Assembly: GCF_001194135.2 (NCBI RefSeq)
Contig: NC_068995.1
Span: 20,778,679-20,842,678, forward strand
Direction: 5' to 3'
DNA length: 64,000 nucleotides
Source: Octopus bimaculoides
Taxonomy: Eukaryota
Both the position numbers and the translations under genes were made by a program. Shown in pieces: positions 1 through 13,094 of this stretch (its first letter is position 1; each line of letters begins with the position of its first letter). Below the pieces are notes generated by a model. The model did not search any database and was not told the DNA's origin. It saw only the letters and a program-made list of their open reading frames with translations.

Positions 1-243
1 GCTTCACAGTTAGTACTGCACACTTATTTATTCCAAACTGCATTCCAATATCTTTACTAAATACACTTACTGCTTGGATCAAAAATCTAGGTCTGTCTCA
101 GTTTTGTGCATATCTTGAGGTCATCCAATACAAAGTAAGTGATTCAATTTCATCTTGGATTTGGCAAACTCATAGGTAGGCCTGGATTTTCTCAGTATGC
201 TTGTCAGAGGCATTAGAGCAATGACTACGTATTTTCACCTTAC

Positions 244-373
244 CTAGCGATTCAACTGTACATGTCACTTCATCTTCCCACACTGGCATTGCTTTCTGCA
301 GAAATTTTTTTTCATCTTCTCACTGACTGACAGACTCAAAGAGCCAGCTTCGCTGCTGACTCGTTCATACGCG
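244..373 (-). CDS. Candidate spliced exon containing a possible start codon (ATG at 289-287; MPVWEDEVTCTVESL+G)
   Basis: Minus strand reads ttttcag|cgcg...gaatcgctag|gtaagg, with canonical acceptor and donor. A 46-nt frame runs from gcaATG to the donor. No recognisable homology. Confidence 0.25.
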
Positions 374-721
374 CTGAAAATTTGTAACGTGATATCTCCA
401 TGTATTCTAGATGCTTTTGAATGAGTTAATTTTCATTTTACTCAGGAGCGCTTATTCAACATTTTGGAATCCACTTCTCACTGGGACTGGATTTTAGAAA
501 ATAATCCCCTTTCCATTTCGCTTTTGAATTTATATCAGTAATGATATTATGATTGCACGCCCTTAAAAAAATATAGTTAACAAAACAAAATAGGAATCAA
601 AGGGAAAGTAAAATTGATAATACGAATGATATAGAAACCGATTATAGAAAATTTTAATAAGTCACGTTTAACAGCAGAAGCAACAGCGAAACCAAAAACA
701 AGAACATAAACTACGACAATG

Positions 722-788
<67 letters not shown>
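722..788. repeat. (CA)n microsatellite; representative of dozens of CA/TG, TA, CT/AG, TATC and TACA tracts in the window
   Basis: Direct reading. Confidence 0.95.
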
Positions 789-790
<2 letters not shown>

Positions 791-1578
791 GAAAGTGTCG
801 CAAACTGTAACCGAACCGCATCATTTACAACCGTACTTTCGAGCAAAAAATGTCTATGTATGATTCATTTTGCTGAATGGACTAACGCATGATAGCATTT
901 TGTTCATTAGATAAAAAGAAACCTGACACAATCTATTGCAATGCAAGTAACCAAAGACACGGGTATTTTCCTTGTTGAATCTAAGGAAGATTTGGACACA
1001 TTTCTAAGAAGCACACTAATCGACACGTTTTATTCGAAAGGAAGAGATTGTAAGACATCAAATGCGGCACATTCAAAATAGAGGACACAATTATAACTCA
1101 AGCTCAAATTTCATGAAATACACCCGTACACAATCTTGCTCTACAATATTCGAAAAAGACTAATGATTTGTAGGTACGTGGTATTTCGTTATGCAACCAT
1201 AATATACCATAAAGTATATTGAATGTTTGTTTCTCTTTTTATAAGTCAACACCACGATCTACTGCGGTAGCAGTGCGCGTTACATTATTTTGTTAATGTT
1301 ATTTCTACAGATATTCCATAGAGCACTGATTTTTGCTACAACGTTTCGTATACTTCACGTCAGATGTAAACAAACAATGAGAAAAAGAAAACACAAGTCA
1401 CCAGCAAAGGTATCAGTGACAATATCGCCCCTTCTTTCCTATTTTCTTTCATGGTATACTACTAGATGTAGGTGGTCAGTACTGAGGCAGCATTCTGTGA
1501 CATTTAATCGGGTGCCACCATCATGAATATAAAGTCTCCGTGAGGGTGCAAAGCCCCAAAATGATTCCAGATGCAGGC

Positions 1579-1742
1579 GCAGGCGTGGATGCATGGTAAG
1601 AAGCTAGCTTTCAAACCATATGGGTCCGAATCCGGTCCCACTACGTGGTACCTTGGGCAAGCGTCTTGTACTATAGCCTGGTGCCAACCAAAGCCTTGTA
1701 AGTGGATTTGGTAGAGAGAAACTGAAAGAAATCCGTCGCATA
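1579..1742 (+). mobile_element. SINE family B, 5' half (tRNA-like head plus body)
   Basis: Aligns by eye to the reverse complement of the full copy at 40477-40906 (accttgggcaag..ctatagcc..ccaaagccttgt..ggatttggtaga..aaactgaaagaa). Confidence 0.85.
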
Positions 1743-1851
1743 TGTATATATATAAAAAATGTTGAAAACTGGGGTCAGTGTAACCGACTTACCACCTCCC
1801 CTAAACTTGCGGGCCTTGTGTAAAAGTTCCAAACTATTGTTACATCTATAG

Positions 1852-2072
1852 CAAAGTGGCGAGCTGGCAGAAGCATTAACACATCAGGCAAAATGCTTAG
1901 CTGCATTTCGTTCATCTCAATATTTTGATTTCAAATTCCACCGAGGTAGACTTTGCCTTTCATCCCTTTCGGGGTCGGTAAATTAAGTGCCAGCCAAGTG
2001 CTGAGGTCTATGTAATCGACTATCCCCTTTCCCACAAATTCCAGGCCTTGCGCCTATAGTAGAAAAAGATTA
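1852..2072 (+). mobile_element. SINE family A, full-length, with 12-bp target-site duplication
   Basis: Head ggcgagctggcagaa, B-box-like ttcaaattcc, shared body with more than 10 other copies. TSD ttacatctatag at 1840-1851 and 2073-2084. Confidence 0.9.
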
Positions 2073-2096
2073 TTACATCTATAGTATGGTGTGAGA

Positions 2097-2290
2097 ATGG
2101 TCAGACAGCTGGATTAAGCGTCCGCTAGTATTTTCGTTTCCTCAGGTTCAGAGTTCAAATCACAAAAAGACAGACCATGCTTTTCACCCTTCCATGATCG
2201 ATAAAATACAGTACTAGACAACTAATGGTTTGATTAATCGACTGTCCCCTTTCACTAAATGTGTAGATTTGTAGCTTCATTAGAAATCAA
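2097..2290 (+). mobile_element. SINE family A, degenerate copy (another 3' fragment at 1769-1836)
   Basis: gagttcaaat..gcttttcaccctt..atcgataaaata..taatcgact match the family A body. Confidence 0.65.
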
Positions 2291-2321
2291 TAGTTATTAG
2301 TGAATTTAAAATTTCTATTTC

Positions 2322-2360
<39 letters not shown>

Positions 2361-3121
2361 ATTTCGTTGGTAGGTGTCTAGGCAACACATAGTGTTCTTC
2401 AATAGTGTCTCCGTGGTATGAGTGTTAGCTCTGTATGCGTCTATGTGTGTGCTTATGAGTGCATATATGTGTATGCATGTATTTGTGTGTGTCTGTGTCT
2501 TTGCTATTTATTACCATTTACAGTTAACTTGTAAAAAAGAAAAAAAGTTTAAAAGTTGCTCTGGAAATTGCGAGATCCGACAAATGCTTATGTTATCTGG
2601 TTAAGAATGCCATAGTAATACCTGGTCTGGGTAACAATCACACTTTTAATAAGATTCTTGGATACAGAATAGAATTGTTGATTAAAATGTGTTGTCAAGT
2701 CCAACTTCATAAATAGAAAAATAAAGCAAAGGGCAAAAAAAAAAAAAAAAACCGAAAAAATACAGCAGCTTAAAGATTATCAGCAAAGTAACCATTGAAC
2801 TGGCAATGTTCCTAAAACAACTTGAGCCAGATAGAAAAGTCCTTTGTTCAACTAATATCATAAAATATTGGGATGCTTGAAGCATTACATGGCAGATTTC
2901 CCCCTTTTCATTAAATACGCAACTTCAAACAAGTGTTATACTGTAGTTTTAACCTTATAATCGAACTTATACCTCGTAACACGAAGTATTGTATTGTAAC
3001 TTTACACCTCTAAACAGTATTACGAAGTGTTATGGGGTTTTACTCTTCGACAAGACTTCTAGCTGTGATACTCAGTGTTATACAAGTCTTTTTCTCATCG
3101 AATACTCTAAGAGGAAAATAC

Positions 3122-3336
3122 TGGTTTAAAATTTTGGCACAAGGCCAGCAAGTTTAGGGGAGGGCTAAGTCGATTACACGAACTCCAGGGCTCAACTGAT
3201 ACTTACTTTATCGACCCCGAACACGGATGAAAGGCAAAGTCGACCTCAGCAGAAATTTGAACACAGAACGTACAGACGGACGAAATACCGCTAAGCTTTT
3301 GTCCGGCGTGCTAACGATTCTGCCAGATCACTGCTT
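3122..3336 (-). mobile_element. SINE family A, full-length
   Basis: Plus strand aaattttggcacaaggccagc..gatgaaaggcaaagtcgacctc..ctaacgattctgccag. Confidence 0.9.
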
Positions 3337-3640
3337 TAATGTGACAGGAAAATAATACAACTTTCCTCTATGCCAGACAAAATGTTATACTGTAAATTTT
3401 ATACTGCTATACTATATTATGCTATGGTATATGGCTTATTAAACTACAGCTTTACATTTCTGTGCGATATTAACTTGTCACACAAATTGTTATACTACAG
3501 TTGTACACTTTTATAGTTAATCTATGTCACGCGATGTATTGTATTACAGGTTCATCATTCTATACGAAATGACAGGAATTGTACTACACAATATTGCACG
3601 TATTGCATTACATAATTTCACATTATGTCATACTAAGTAA

Positions 3641-3836
3641 AGTAGTGAGTTGGCAGAATTGTTAGAGTGTTGTTCAAAATGCTCGGCGGCATTAATTCAG
3701 TTCTTTACTTTTTATCAAATTCAGCCGATGTCATCTTTGCTTTTTATTCTTTTGGGCCTGATAAAAATGTACCTGTTAATTACTGGGATCGGTGTCAGTG
3801 AATAAACGTTTTGCCCAGTATCAGAAACAATTGTCA
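3641..3836 (+). mobile_element. SINE family A, degenerate
   Basis: gagttggcagaattgttag..aaaatgctcggcggca..ctttgctttt..gataaaaatgtacc. Confidence 0.6.
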
Positions 3837-4375
3837 CATAAACCTTTGTACCACAACTTCACAAGTCTATTCATTACACGGTATCATATTAAATGTTATG
3901 CTTTACACTTGAACCAATGAAAAGCTCCCTAGGCAGTCAGCCGAATTGCTAGAAACCACAACATACGTACCCGAAGCACATACATCCGATATAATAATAC
4001 TTTCAATAATGTGGTGTAGTCATAGATGCAGTATGAATAAAATATAGAACAGTGACAGCTGGAGAGTCTTTGATCAAATGTTTGATCAGATCGAGTAAAG
4101 CACACAGATTATTCAATTTATTGCATTACAAAATTATATACAACGCTTTCTTCCTACATTAACAACACAATGGTAGACTGTTCAGCAATACTTATCTATA
4201 ATACAGTATTAACCATACTTCATATTACAACAAAACTCTTTAGATATCCAACGTTAATTAATCTACATTACACAATGATATCCTATAGCTCAACACTACA
4301 TTACATCTTTATTCAATACAGTTATACTACACTATGTTACAGAATGATGTATTGTGGTTCTTTTGTTACATTATC

Positions 4376-4670
4376 ATGGATTCTCAACCATTTTTTACCT
4401 ATGGACCCCTTTTGATTACTATTTTATTCTGGTGGGCCCCCATAGCCATTCGATGTTTAGAAACTAGTTTTATAGAAACTTCTTTCAAAATTCTGTTTAG
4501 TTTTTTACGCATTAAATTGCATGAGTTGAACTATGTAAAACGTTAGAGAAAGAAATCTCTTTTTTTTTGTAATACCAATACATAAATCTAAAGCAACGTT
4601 TTTTCAGGGGCCCTTAAAATACTATTGTGCATCCCCAATTTACTATTTTGTTGCGTGGAATCCCACCGCA
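4376..4670. mobile_element. Degenerate hAT-type MITE, same family as 49723-49962 (opposite orientation)
   Basis: ttctcaaccattttt..cccccatagccattcgatgtttaga matches the reverse complement of 49880-49962. Right end uncertain. Confidence 0.6.
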
Positions 4671-4729
4671 AAAAACAAAAAACAAAAACAAAAACAAAAC
4701 AATCTTATATGGTTGAAACTCATTGATCT

Positions 4730-5300
4730 AAATTATTCACTCCAGTTCTATATTACATTACACAATGGCTCACTGAAGTTCTACTCTATATTACAAAGCG
4801 ATTCAGTATTGTTCTGCTCAACATTACTGAATAATTCACTACAGTTCTACTCAACATTCCTAAATGATTCACTTCAGTTCCACTCAGCATTTCTAAATAA
4901 TTCACTACAGTTCTACTTAACATTACTAAATAATTCACTACAGTTCTACTTAACATTACTAAATAATTCACTACAGTTCTACTCAACATTACTAAATAAT
5001 TCACTACAGTTCTACTCAACATTACATAATGATTTCTTATACGTCAACACTGCGTTACACAACGATTTTCTACCGTTCTACTCTACATTTCATGATTCAC
5101 TGCAGTTCTACATTATCTTATACTGCAATCCAGTATAGTTCTACACTGCATTGCACCATGGTTCACTGCAGTTCTACTCTACGTTACTTAATAATTCACT
5201 ATAGTTCTACACTGTGTTACACAATGATATACTGTAGTTCTCTTGTTAAATTATCTACACCACATTACACACTGATACACAACAGTTCTGTAATAAAACA
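4730..5300. repeat. 33-bp minisatellite (aataattcactacagttctactYaacattacta), best conserved at 4826-5030
   Basis: Tandem units read directly; produces 11-aa periodic ORFs on both strands. Confidence 0.85.
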
Positions 5301-6074
5301 TTAACAACACTACATAATAATAGACTATATTATAATATGATACATTACTCTTCCACGCTACTACATTATCTACACCGCATTACACAATGGCATTCAGCAA
5401 ACCTACATCACTACATTGCACCATTGATACGCTGCTTATTTACACGTCTGTTGCAGCAACAAAAATATTTCACAAAGCACTAAAATATATCTAAAGCTTA
5501 TCATTTTGCCTCAGTAATTCATCTATATCTGTTCCATAAAACTGTTTACAATAACAATAAAAGCTTCAACAAAATTTAACTGAACCCAGATTGAATAATT
5601 CAGATGTGAGTTAACAGTTAATTGTTAATCATTTCTGATTCTTTTGTGTGTCTCTTACTCCTGAAATCACACATACACTAACCTATAAACATAGAATAAG
5701 GAGAAACATTTTAGACTTTTTTTCTTTTTTGTACTGAGGGAACGATTTCCAAGTAATGTATTCCATTAAATGTGAACTGATATAATGGCAGAGAACAACA
5801 GAGAGAAATTGCTATAGAAGATATCACAAAAAGTAATCTACATACAATATTGAATGCCCCTTTGAAAATCGATAGGACGTTTATTCTCCGTCTTCTTTCT
5901 CCGTATTCTTCAACATCATCTCAATCATTATATTGTAGTTGTTCTTGTTGTTATTCACTTGTCGTCGTCGCCACCGTCAACGTCCGTCGTCGTCGTCGTC
6001 GTCGTTGTTCTTTTTCTTTTCCTTCTTCTTACTTCCCTTCTTCTTACTCCTCCTCCTTCTCCCCTTCCTCTCAG

Positions 6075-6200
6075 AGACTCTACAATACAAACTTAAGTAA
6101 TGGCACAATACTCAGCAGAATCCATTGTCTCTGATTATGAAAAGCAAGCACAAAAGGAAATCTACTGGGCTGCCATCATTGCGTCTGCTTTTTCAGAAAA
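6075..6200 (+). CDS. Weak candidate exon / small ORF (ATG 6100, MAQYSAESIVSDYEKQAQKEIYWAAIIASAFSE)
   Basis: Acceptor ccttcctctcag at 6073-6074, donor aa|gtgaga at 6201. No homology recognised. Confidence 0.15.
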
Positions 6201-6576
6201 GTGAGAAATATCACAGCACAGGAATTATGGGTATTTCACCGTTTCTTTTTAACCTGAACAATTTTAAAGGAAGTGTTCTCCAAATGAATTGTTATTCAAC
6301 TTCCGCAACGCTTTCTGACTTCCGTATTAGAATTAAAGAATAACTTTTAACAGTGGCGCGTCCACATTTCTTAGAATAAGTCATCTCTGGAGCAAGAATT
6401 TTTTTTTGTTTGTGTGTGTCAGTGTATTGTTAAGTTCAAAGAGACCAGTATGATAATAGACGGGATTTCTTTTGACAAACGACAATGTTTATAATCAACG
6501 CTGAACATGTGATATCATTGCACGTTTGATATACGTAAGAAATATATACATGAATGCGTGCACACGTGTGCTTGTA

Positions 6577-6677
<101 letters not shown>

Positions 6678-7531
6678 GTATGTATGCATGTGTACAAGCA
6701 TACAGTACAATACATGCACAGATTTAGAATTGCATATATACATGAATGCTTGAGTTTATAAATGTATATGTGTGTGTGTGTGTGTGCGTGTGCGTATATG
6801 TGTGTGTATGCTTATATATATTTATATATTTGTATATATATGAATGTACATATACATATACACACACATATATATACTATATAATATATATGTGTGCGTG
6901 GTGTGAATGTATACATATATGTATATATGTGTATATGTAAATACATATATACAAATGCATATATACATAATTACACACATGCGTGCAAAGACACACACAC
7001 ACGCGCGCACACATATTAAAATATATCATTTAATTTACTCAGTATTAAAATAAGTGCCACAAATAATTTCTTGCCTTTGAATCATATGGTGAAGCAGATG
7101 TTTATAACTTGCCTAACCACGTGTCTTAATGGCAATAAGCTATTAGTAGTTCTTATTGGATGGCGTATTCTTTTTCTTGACCCTCCCTTAACGGAACAGT
7201 AAAATGTATATCATCTTTGTTACTGTATATGTCTTCATTTATGTGATGTAACTATAGTATCAGAGCATTTTAGTCCTGACTTTTAGCAATGTAGGTGATT
7301 TTTAACATCCTAGTCAGGTCACATTTAGTGGTAATTTCATATATATATATATATATATATATTTAAAGCAGTTATTTACTGTCAACTTAATGTGACAGAT
7401 CCATTAAGGGATTCATACTGCTGCTATTTAGCCCTAGGAAGCTGGACCGCTTTCTGTTGGCCTTGACACATTTCCTGTGTCCTTATATTTGTGAAGGGGA
7501 GACAAGCTTCCCCACCCAGCTTTAGTCTGCA

Positions 7532-7574
7532 TTCAGGGACATGTTTCTGAGTCATTGCTCGTCATCAGTCTGAA
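7532..7574 (-). ncRNA. Type-I minimal hammerhead ribozyme with intact core and mismatched core-adjacent pairs, attached to repeat family E (7410-7530)
   Basis: UUCAG-A CUGAUGA C-GAG caauga CUC-A GAAA CAUG UC C-CUGAA: palindromic ACAUGU helix III, GUC triplet, 5-bp helix I. Confidence 0.55.
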
Positions 7575-7946
7575 GTAGCCGAATATGTCTATATATATAA
7601 CAACAATGATTCTTTTGCAAGAATCTGCAGAAGGAGAAGATGCAAAAGCAACAACAGAAACAGCAAAAGCTACGACAGCGACAATTACAATAATAGCTAG
7701 ACGGGAAACAAGAGCACCTGCATTAAATTCTAAAATTATAACAATCATCGACATCAGGTGACATTGAAGCTTCCTCTAGGCTGTCTTTCGATTTGTTACA
7801 AGTAACAACCATGTTTTCGTCAAATTCTAGATCACCGTCTCAATCAAGGAAGATCGCAGTAGATAATTCAATCTAGAAGACAGTTGCGAAGATATGATGT
7901 GCAACAACAAAAGTAACATCACACAAGGATTCTTTTTTTCTTTTAG

Positions 7947-8021
7947 CCAGAATTCACATCTTTTTATCTCAACATTCTCTTGAGTCTAGTAAAGAGGGAC
8001 AGCGCCGCCGTCAGTCGAAGC
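7947..8021 (+). CDS. Weak candidate internal exon
   Basis: Strong polypyrimidine acceptor ttctttttttcttttag (alternative AG at 7949-7950), donor gc|gtaagt, open frame IHIFLSQHSLESSKEGQRRRQSK. Confidence 0.2.
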
Positions 8022-8735
8022 GTAAGTGAGTATTTCTCCAACTGCACACTATAAAGAATATTTTTTTGTTCAGCAGTCTTATAAAATTGCAATTTAAGGT
8101 TTTAGAAAAGTGATTTAATGAGAGGTTTTGTATTAGTTTTGCAAGAATTTTCATCTGAAATCTTGCGTTGAAACAGATAGCCTTGTTTTATACTGGAATC
8201 GTATTTAAGCCTATAAACACACCAGGTTGTGATTCACTTCTTGCTCTTGATTATATTCCAAGAAATATTGATATTGTTTCCGTTAAATAGATTGCGAAAT
8301 TTATATGCAATTGGAAAATACTTATCTAATAACGGTAGCAAAGTTTTAGCTTTGATGTTGTTTTACTTTTTACCGATGTACTAGATGACTGGTTAAATAT
8401 ATACTGTTCTTTCGACTATCTTCCTTATGCAGTAGGAGATACACATAACAGATGATCTTCGGCATGTAATGTCGTCGCTTGGTTCCTGCAGAGGTAGGGA
8501 TTACACATATAGTCATCAATTCCAATGTAATATTTTGGAAATTAGAGAGGCACTTCATAAGTTATGCATTAAAGAGGTGCTGTCACATTGTACACCTTTT
8601 AGACCTTGTTTTTGGTTTATATCGGGAGGAAACAAACAAACAAACAAACAAACAAACAAATAAATAAATAAACTAATTAATAAAAGTCTTGTTATGGGAT
8701 GAGTAAGGCAGTAGAGATTATGTAGTGGGCGGAAT

Positions 8736-8945
8736 CTTTTACTTGTTTCAGTCATTTGACTGCGGCCATGCTGGAGCACTGCCTTTAGTCGAGAAAATCG
8801 ACCCCAGGACTTATTCTTTGGAAGCCTAGTACTTATTCTATCGGTCTCTTTTGCCGAACCGCTAAGTTATGGGGACGTAAACACACCACCATCGGTTGTC
8901 CAGCAATGGTGGTGGGGGGGACAAACACAGACACGCAAACACACA
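8736..8945 (-). mobile_element. SINE family B, 3' half
   Basis: Near-identical to 40494-40690 (ttttacttgtttcagtcatttgactgcggccatgctggagcac...). Confidence 0.9.
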
Positions 8946-9214
8946 TACATATATATATATATATACATATNNNNNNNNNNNNNNNNNNNNNNNNNNNNNN
9001 NNNNNNNNNNNNNNNNNNNNNNNNNNNNNNNNNNNNNNNNNNNNNNNNNNNNNNNNNNNNNNNNNNNNNNNNNNNNNNNNNNNNNNNNNNNNNNNNNNNN
9101 NNNNNNNNNNNNNNNNNNNNNNNNNNNNNNNNNNNNNNNNNNNNNNNNNNNNNNNNNNNNNNNNNNNNNNNNNNNNNNNNNNNNNNNNNNNNNNNNNNTA
9201 TATATATATATATC

Positions 9215-9355
9215 GGAGGGATGGCTGTGTAGCAAGAAGCTTGCCTCTCAACTATATGATTCCGAGTTTAGTCTGACTTCTTGGTATCTTGGGCAAGTGT
9301 CTTCTACCTACAGCCTTGGGCTGACCAAGGCCTTGAGAGTGATATAAGCCCCTCG
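9215..9355 (+). mobile_element. SINE family B head, degenerate
   Basis: ggatggctgtgtagcaagaagcttgc..cttgggcaagtgtcttcta. Confidence 0.8.
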
Positions 9356-9770
9356 TATGTATATATGTGTGTGTGTGAGTGTGTGTGAGTGTGTGTGAGT
9401 GTGTGCCTGTATGTGTCTATATCTCCCTCTGTATCTCAATCACTCTCAATTGTTTTTACTTTCATTTTTCAGATGCTATTGTTTTCATTTTAAGTTCAAT
9501 TGCTATTGTTTCACTGCAAGTTTTCAATCTCTATTTTCAAACAGCAACTACAAATTACTGATAGAAAGAAGTTCACAATTACTGATGAAAGTAATTTCAT
9601 ACATAATTTACTGACAGAAGTAACTTCATAAATTTCACTTCAATCCGTACACTAAGTAAATTTCCATAAAAAATTCTTATTTACTTTTGCAGCAGTTTTG
9701 TGTTTTTCGGTAGTTAACGACTTTTTTTTCTGATTTGTGTATAGTTCTGCAAATTATATTGAATTAGAAC

Positions 9771-9839
9771 GGTCGTACTGACGAACCACGGACGTTTTTA
9801 CATAAGTAAAAGGGTTGATGGCGAAACCGGGATACGATT
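9771..9839 (+). ncRNA. Degenerate type-I hammerhead (U16.1 mutated to G; probably inactive)
   Basis: GGUCGUA CUGACGA a-CCA..UGG-c GAAA CCGG G A UACGAUU: helix I 7 bp including GU pairs, helix III one substitution from the palindrome ACCGGU. Confidence 0.55.
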
Positions 9840-9932
9840 AATTCTTTATTTTATATATTTCCATTTGTCTCATCCGCTTATGATCTGGTGTTTGCTGAAT
9901 TTTTTCTAGAGAACATCATTGTCTTTCTGATT

Positions 9933-10107
9933 AGATCGTGGATGATCTCTTTCTAGGATATCGGATGTCCACTTAGTGGTCATCCCTTCTTATACGCATG
10001 TAATACAATTGATCTGAATTTTCAAATATTTTATATGCTAGGCCACTGGTTTTAAATTGATGTTAATTAAATTAATATTCAATTTATCACCCTCGGTATA
10101 TAAATAT

Positions 10108-10138
<31 letters not shown>

Positions 10139-10514
10139 NNNNNNNNNNNNNNNNNNNNNNNNNNNNNNNNNNNNNNNNNNNNNNNNNNNNNNNNNNNNNN
10201 NNNNNNNNNNNNNNNNNNNNNNNNNNNNNNNNNNNNNNNNNNNNNNNNNNNNNNNNNNNNNNNNNNNNNNNNNNNNNNNNNNNNNNNNNNNNNNNNNNNN
10301 NNNNNNNNNNNNNNNNNNNNNNNNNNNNNNNNNNNNNNNNNNNNNNNNNNNNNNNNNNNNNNNNNNNNNNNNNNNNNNNNNNNNNNNNNNNNNNNNNNNN
10401 NNNNNNNNNNNNNNNNNNNNNNNNNNNNNNNNNNNNNNNNNNNNNNNNNNNNNNNNNNNNNNNNNNNNNNNNNNNNNNNNNNNNNNNNNNNNNNNNNNNN
10501 NNNNNNNNNNNNNN

Positions 10515-10547
<33 letters not shown>

Positions 10548-10658
10548 CACGAATTGTCTCCATAAAGTTTGACGAGTGTACAGTTTTATTTGTGGTCAGA
10601 TCGTGGATGATTTAGCATATCGGATGTCTAGTTAGTGGTAATCCCTTCTTATACGCAT
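9933..10658. repeat. Pair of 61-67 bp imperfect direct repeats (9933-9999 and 10598-10658) flanking an assembly gap
   Basis: agatcgtggatgat..atatcggatgtc..ttagtggt.atcccttcttatacgcat occurs twice. Confidence 0.75.
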
Positions 10659-10659
10659 A

Positions 10660-10692
<33 letters not shown>

Positions 10693-12624
10693 AATTAATA
10701 GCATCGTGATACAGTTCTATATTTTGAAAAGCAGTACATGTATATATGTAAATAACCCCATAGTATATTTATATATGTTTAGAGGATTGCGGCACATTTA
10801 TAAATGTTAAAAACACTGCGAATCATTTATAAATGTTAATAACGTTATAGTACAATCGTTCATGTTGATGGGATTGTGTTACATCTGAGATTTTCTTCTA
10901 GATTATTCGTGACTAGACCAATCAAATCTCATTGTGGTATGTTTATGACACTCTAATATATTCACGCATGTTTATAGCACTGAGTTACATTAATCTACGT
11001 TAATAACAGTGTGTAGTTCCCTCATGCCAAAACTACTTTGGAATTGTTAAGTGCCGTTGGGTAAGTCTAACTACCAAATAACTATATGAAGAAAGCTAAC
11101 GATGTCGATATAAGTTGTATATTGATGACATGCTTTCATTGGTCTATGATGTTAGTGGTGTCAGACACACTAATATCTAATATAATTATATCTTCATCTT
11201 TCATTCATCTCTTCATATCTTATTTCTTGATCGTTCTTTCATCTCTCCACCAATCTCTATATTATATCTGTTAATATCTCGTCATTCTCATCCTTTTCAT
11301 CTCTACATCAAACTGTATGTTATCTCTCTTATCACATCATTCTTATCTCTTTTATCTCCTCATTTTCCCCCTTTCCTCTCTTCATTATCAACTGGATGTT
11401 TCTATTACTGAAAGCTGTTACGTCTTTATCACATTTCCCTATTATCATGTGATCTTTCATTTCTCTTTCTTTCATCAATCCTTTCATTTAAATAATTAAA
11501 TAATAAAATACTAATTACATATATCTGAACAAGTCTTTGATCTTTGAACACAATTGATATGTTTACATGTTGTTTCAACTTTCAGTCATTGATGCTCAGT
11601 GTTATGGCCAGAATCGTTTTCAGATTGTGTCGTGGCGTAGTAAAACAATGTCATAGGCTGTCCTGTGTTTCGACACCGGACATATTTATATTCTTGTATT
11701 CGTTTCTTTTCAATGGTTTCAAACATTACTGAAATAACGCCTTCAAGAGATTTTAGTCAATCATATCGATCCCAATAATTAATTCACTCCGGTTCTTATT
11801 TCATTATAGCTCAGTTTATGGAATCGATAAATTATCTATGCGACGCAATTTTTACACCAGCATATATATATATATACATATATNNNNNNNNNNNNNNNNN
11901 NNNNNNNNNNNNNNNNNNNNNNNNNNNNNNNNNNNNNNNNNNNNNNNNNNNNNNNNNNNNNNNNNNNNNNNNNNNNNNNNNNNNNNNNNNNNNNNNNNNN
12001 NNNNNNNNNNNNNNNNNNNNNNNNNNNNNNNNNNNNNNNNNNNNNNNNNNNNNNNNNNNNNNNNNNNNNNNNNNNNNNNNNNNNNNNNNNNNNNNNNNNN
12101 NNNNNNNNNNNNNNNNNNNNNNNNNNNNNNNNNNNNNNNNNNNNNNNNNATATATATATATAATGTGTGTGCGTGTGTACATACATACATACATACATAC
12201 ATACACACACTTGTATAACATCTATTCCTCTTTTTTCTTACGTATTTGTATGTGTGAATGCGAGTGTGTTATATATGTATGTATGTATGCATGTATGTAT
12301 GTATGCATGTATGTATGTATGCATAAGCATAAACATGCATATTTTTATGTATATATAAAATTAAGTGTTTGAGAAAGCCTCAGCAAAGCAGGTTAGAAAT
12401 AAAGTAAGGCAAAAACAAATGTAAAACACTATGTTTTACCCAGTATTATATTCCAACATTTCGGCTTTAAGAAACATTTATTAAGAGACAATGGTGACTG
12501 AGCATAATTCGAATCTGCACTGATATGTTAGGATTAGGGCTGAGTGGGATATAGATAGGTTGACAGAGTTACACGAGCCAACTAGCGTTGAGAAACTCTT
12601 GTCTGTTATTCATGGTACTATGCA

Positions 12625-12680
<56 letters not shown>

Positions 12681-12685
12681 GTCTA

Positions 12686-12724
<39 letters not shown>

Positions 12725-12962
12725 GCATGCCTGCATGTCTGCATGTCTGTCTGTCTGTCAGTTTGCCAGTCTGTCTCTATCCATCTACCTATATCTATCT
12801 ATGCATCTCTCCCTCTCTATCTAAATCCCTCTATATCTACATCTATCTATACATATCTCTCTAACTCTCTTTCCCTCTCTCTATCTAGGTGTGTGTTTTT
12901 GTGTCTGTTTAGCTATCCATATACCGATCTATATCTGTATCTGTCTATGTTTCCCCTCTTGC

Positions 12963-13017
<55 letters not shown>

Positions 13018-13094
13018 GCGTATGTGTGTGTGTGTGTGTGTGTGTTTTTCTCATATTTTAAACTGATATGGCTTCCAGACCAATAATACCGCCT

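Noticed and set aside
4730-5300. 33-bp repeats as a CRISPR array or repeat protein
   Set aside because: The units are contiguous with no unique spacers, the context is eukaryotic with no cas genes, and the ORFs are an artefact of a unit length divisible by three.
9582-9640. CTGATGA followed by an agtaa/ttact stem
   Set aside because: GACA in place of GAAA, no NUH triplet and no helix I; treated as chance.
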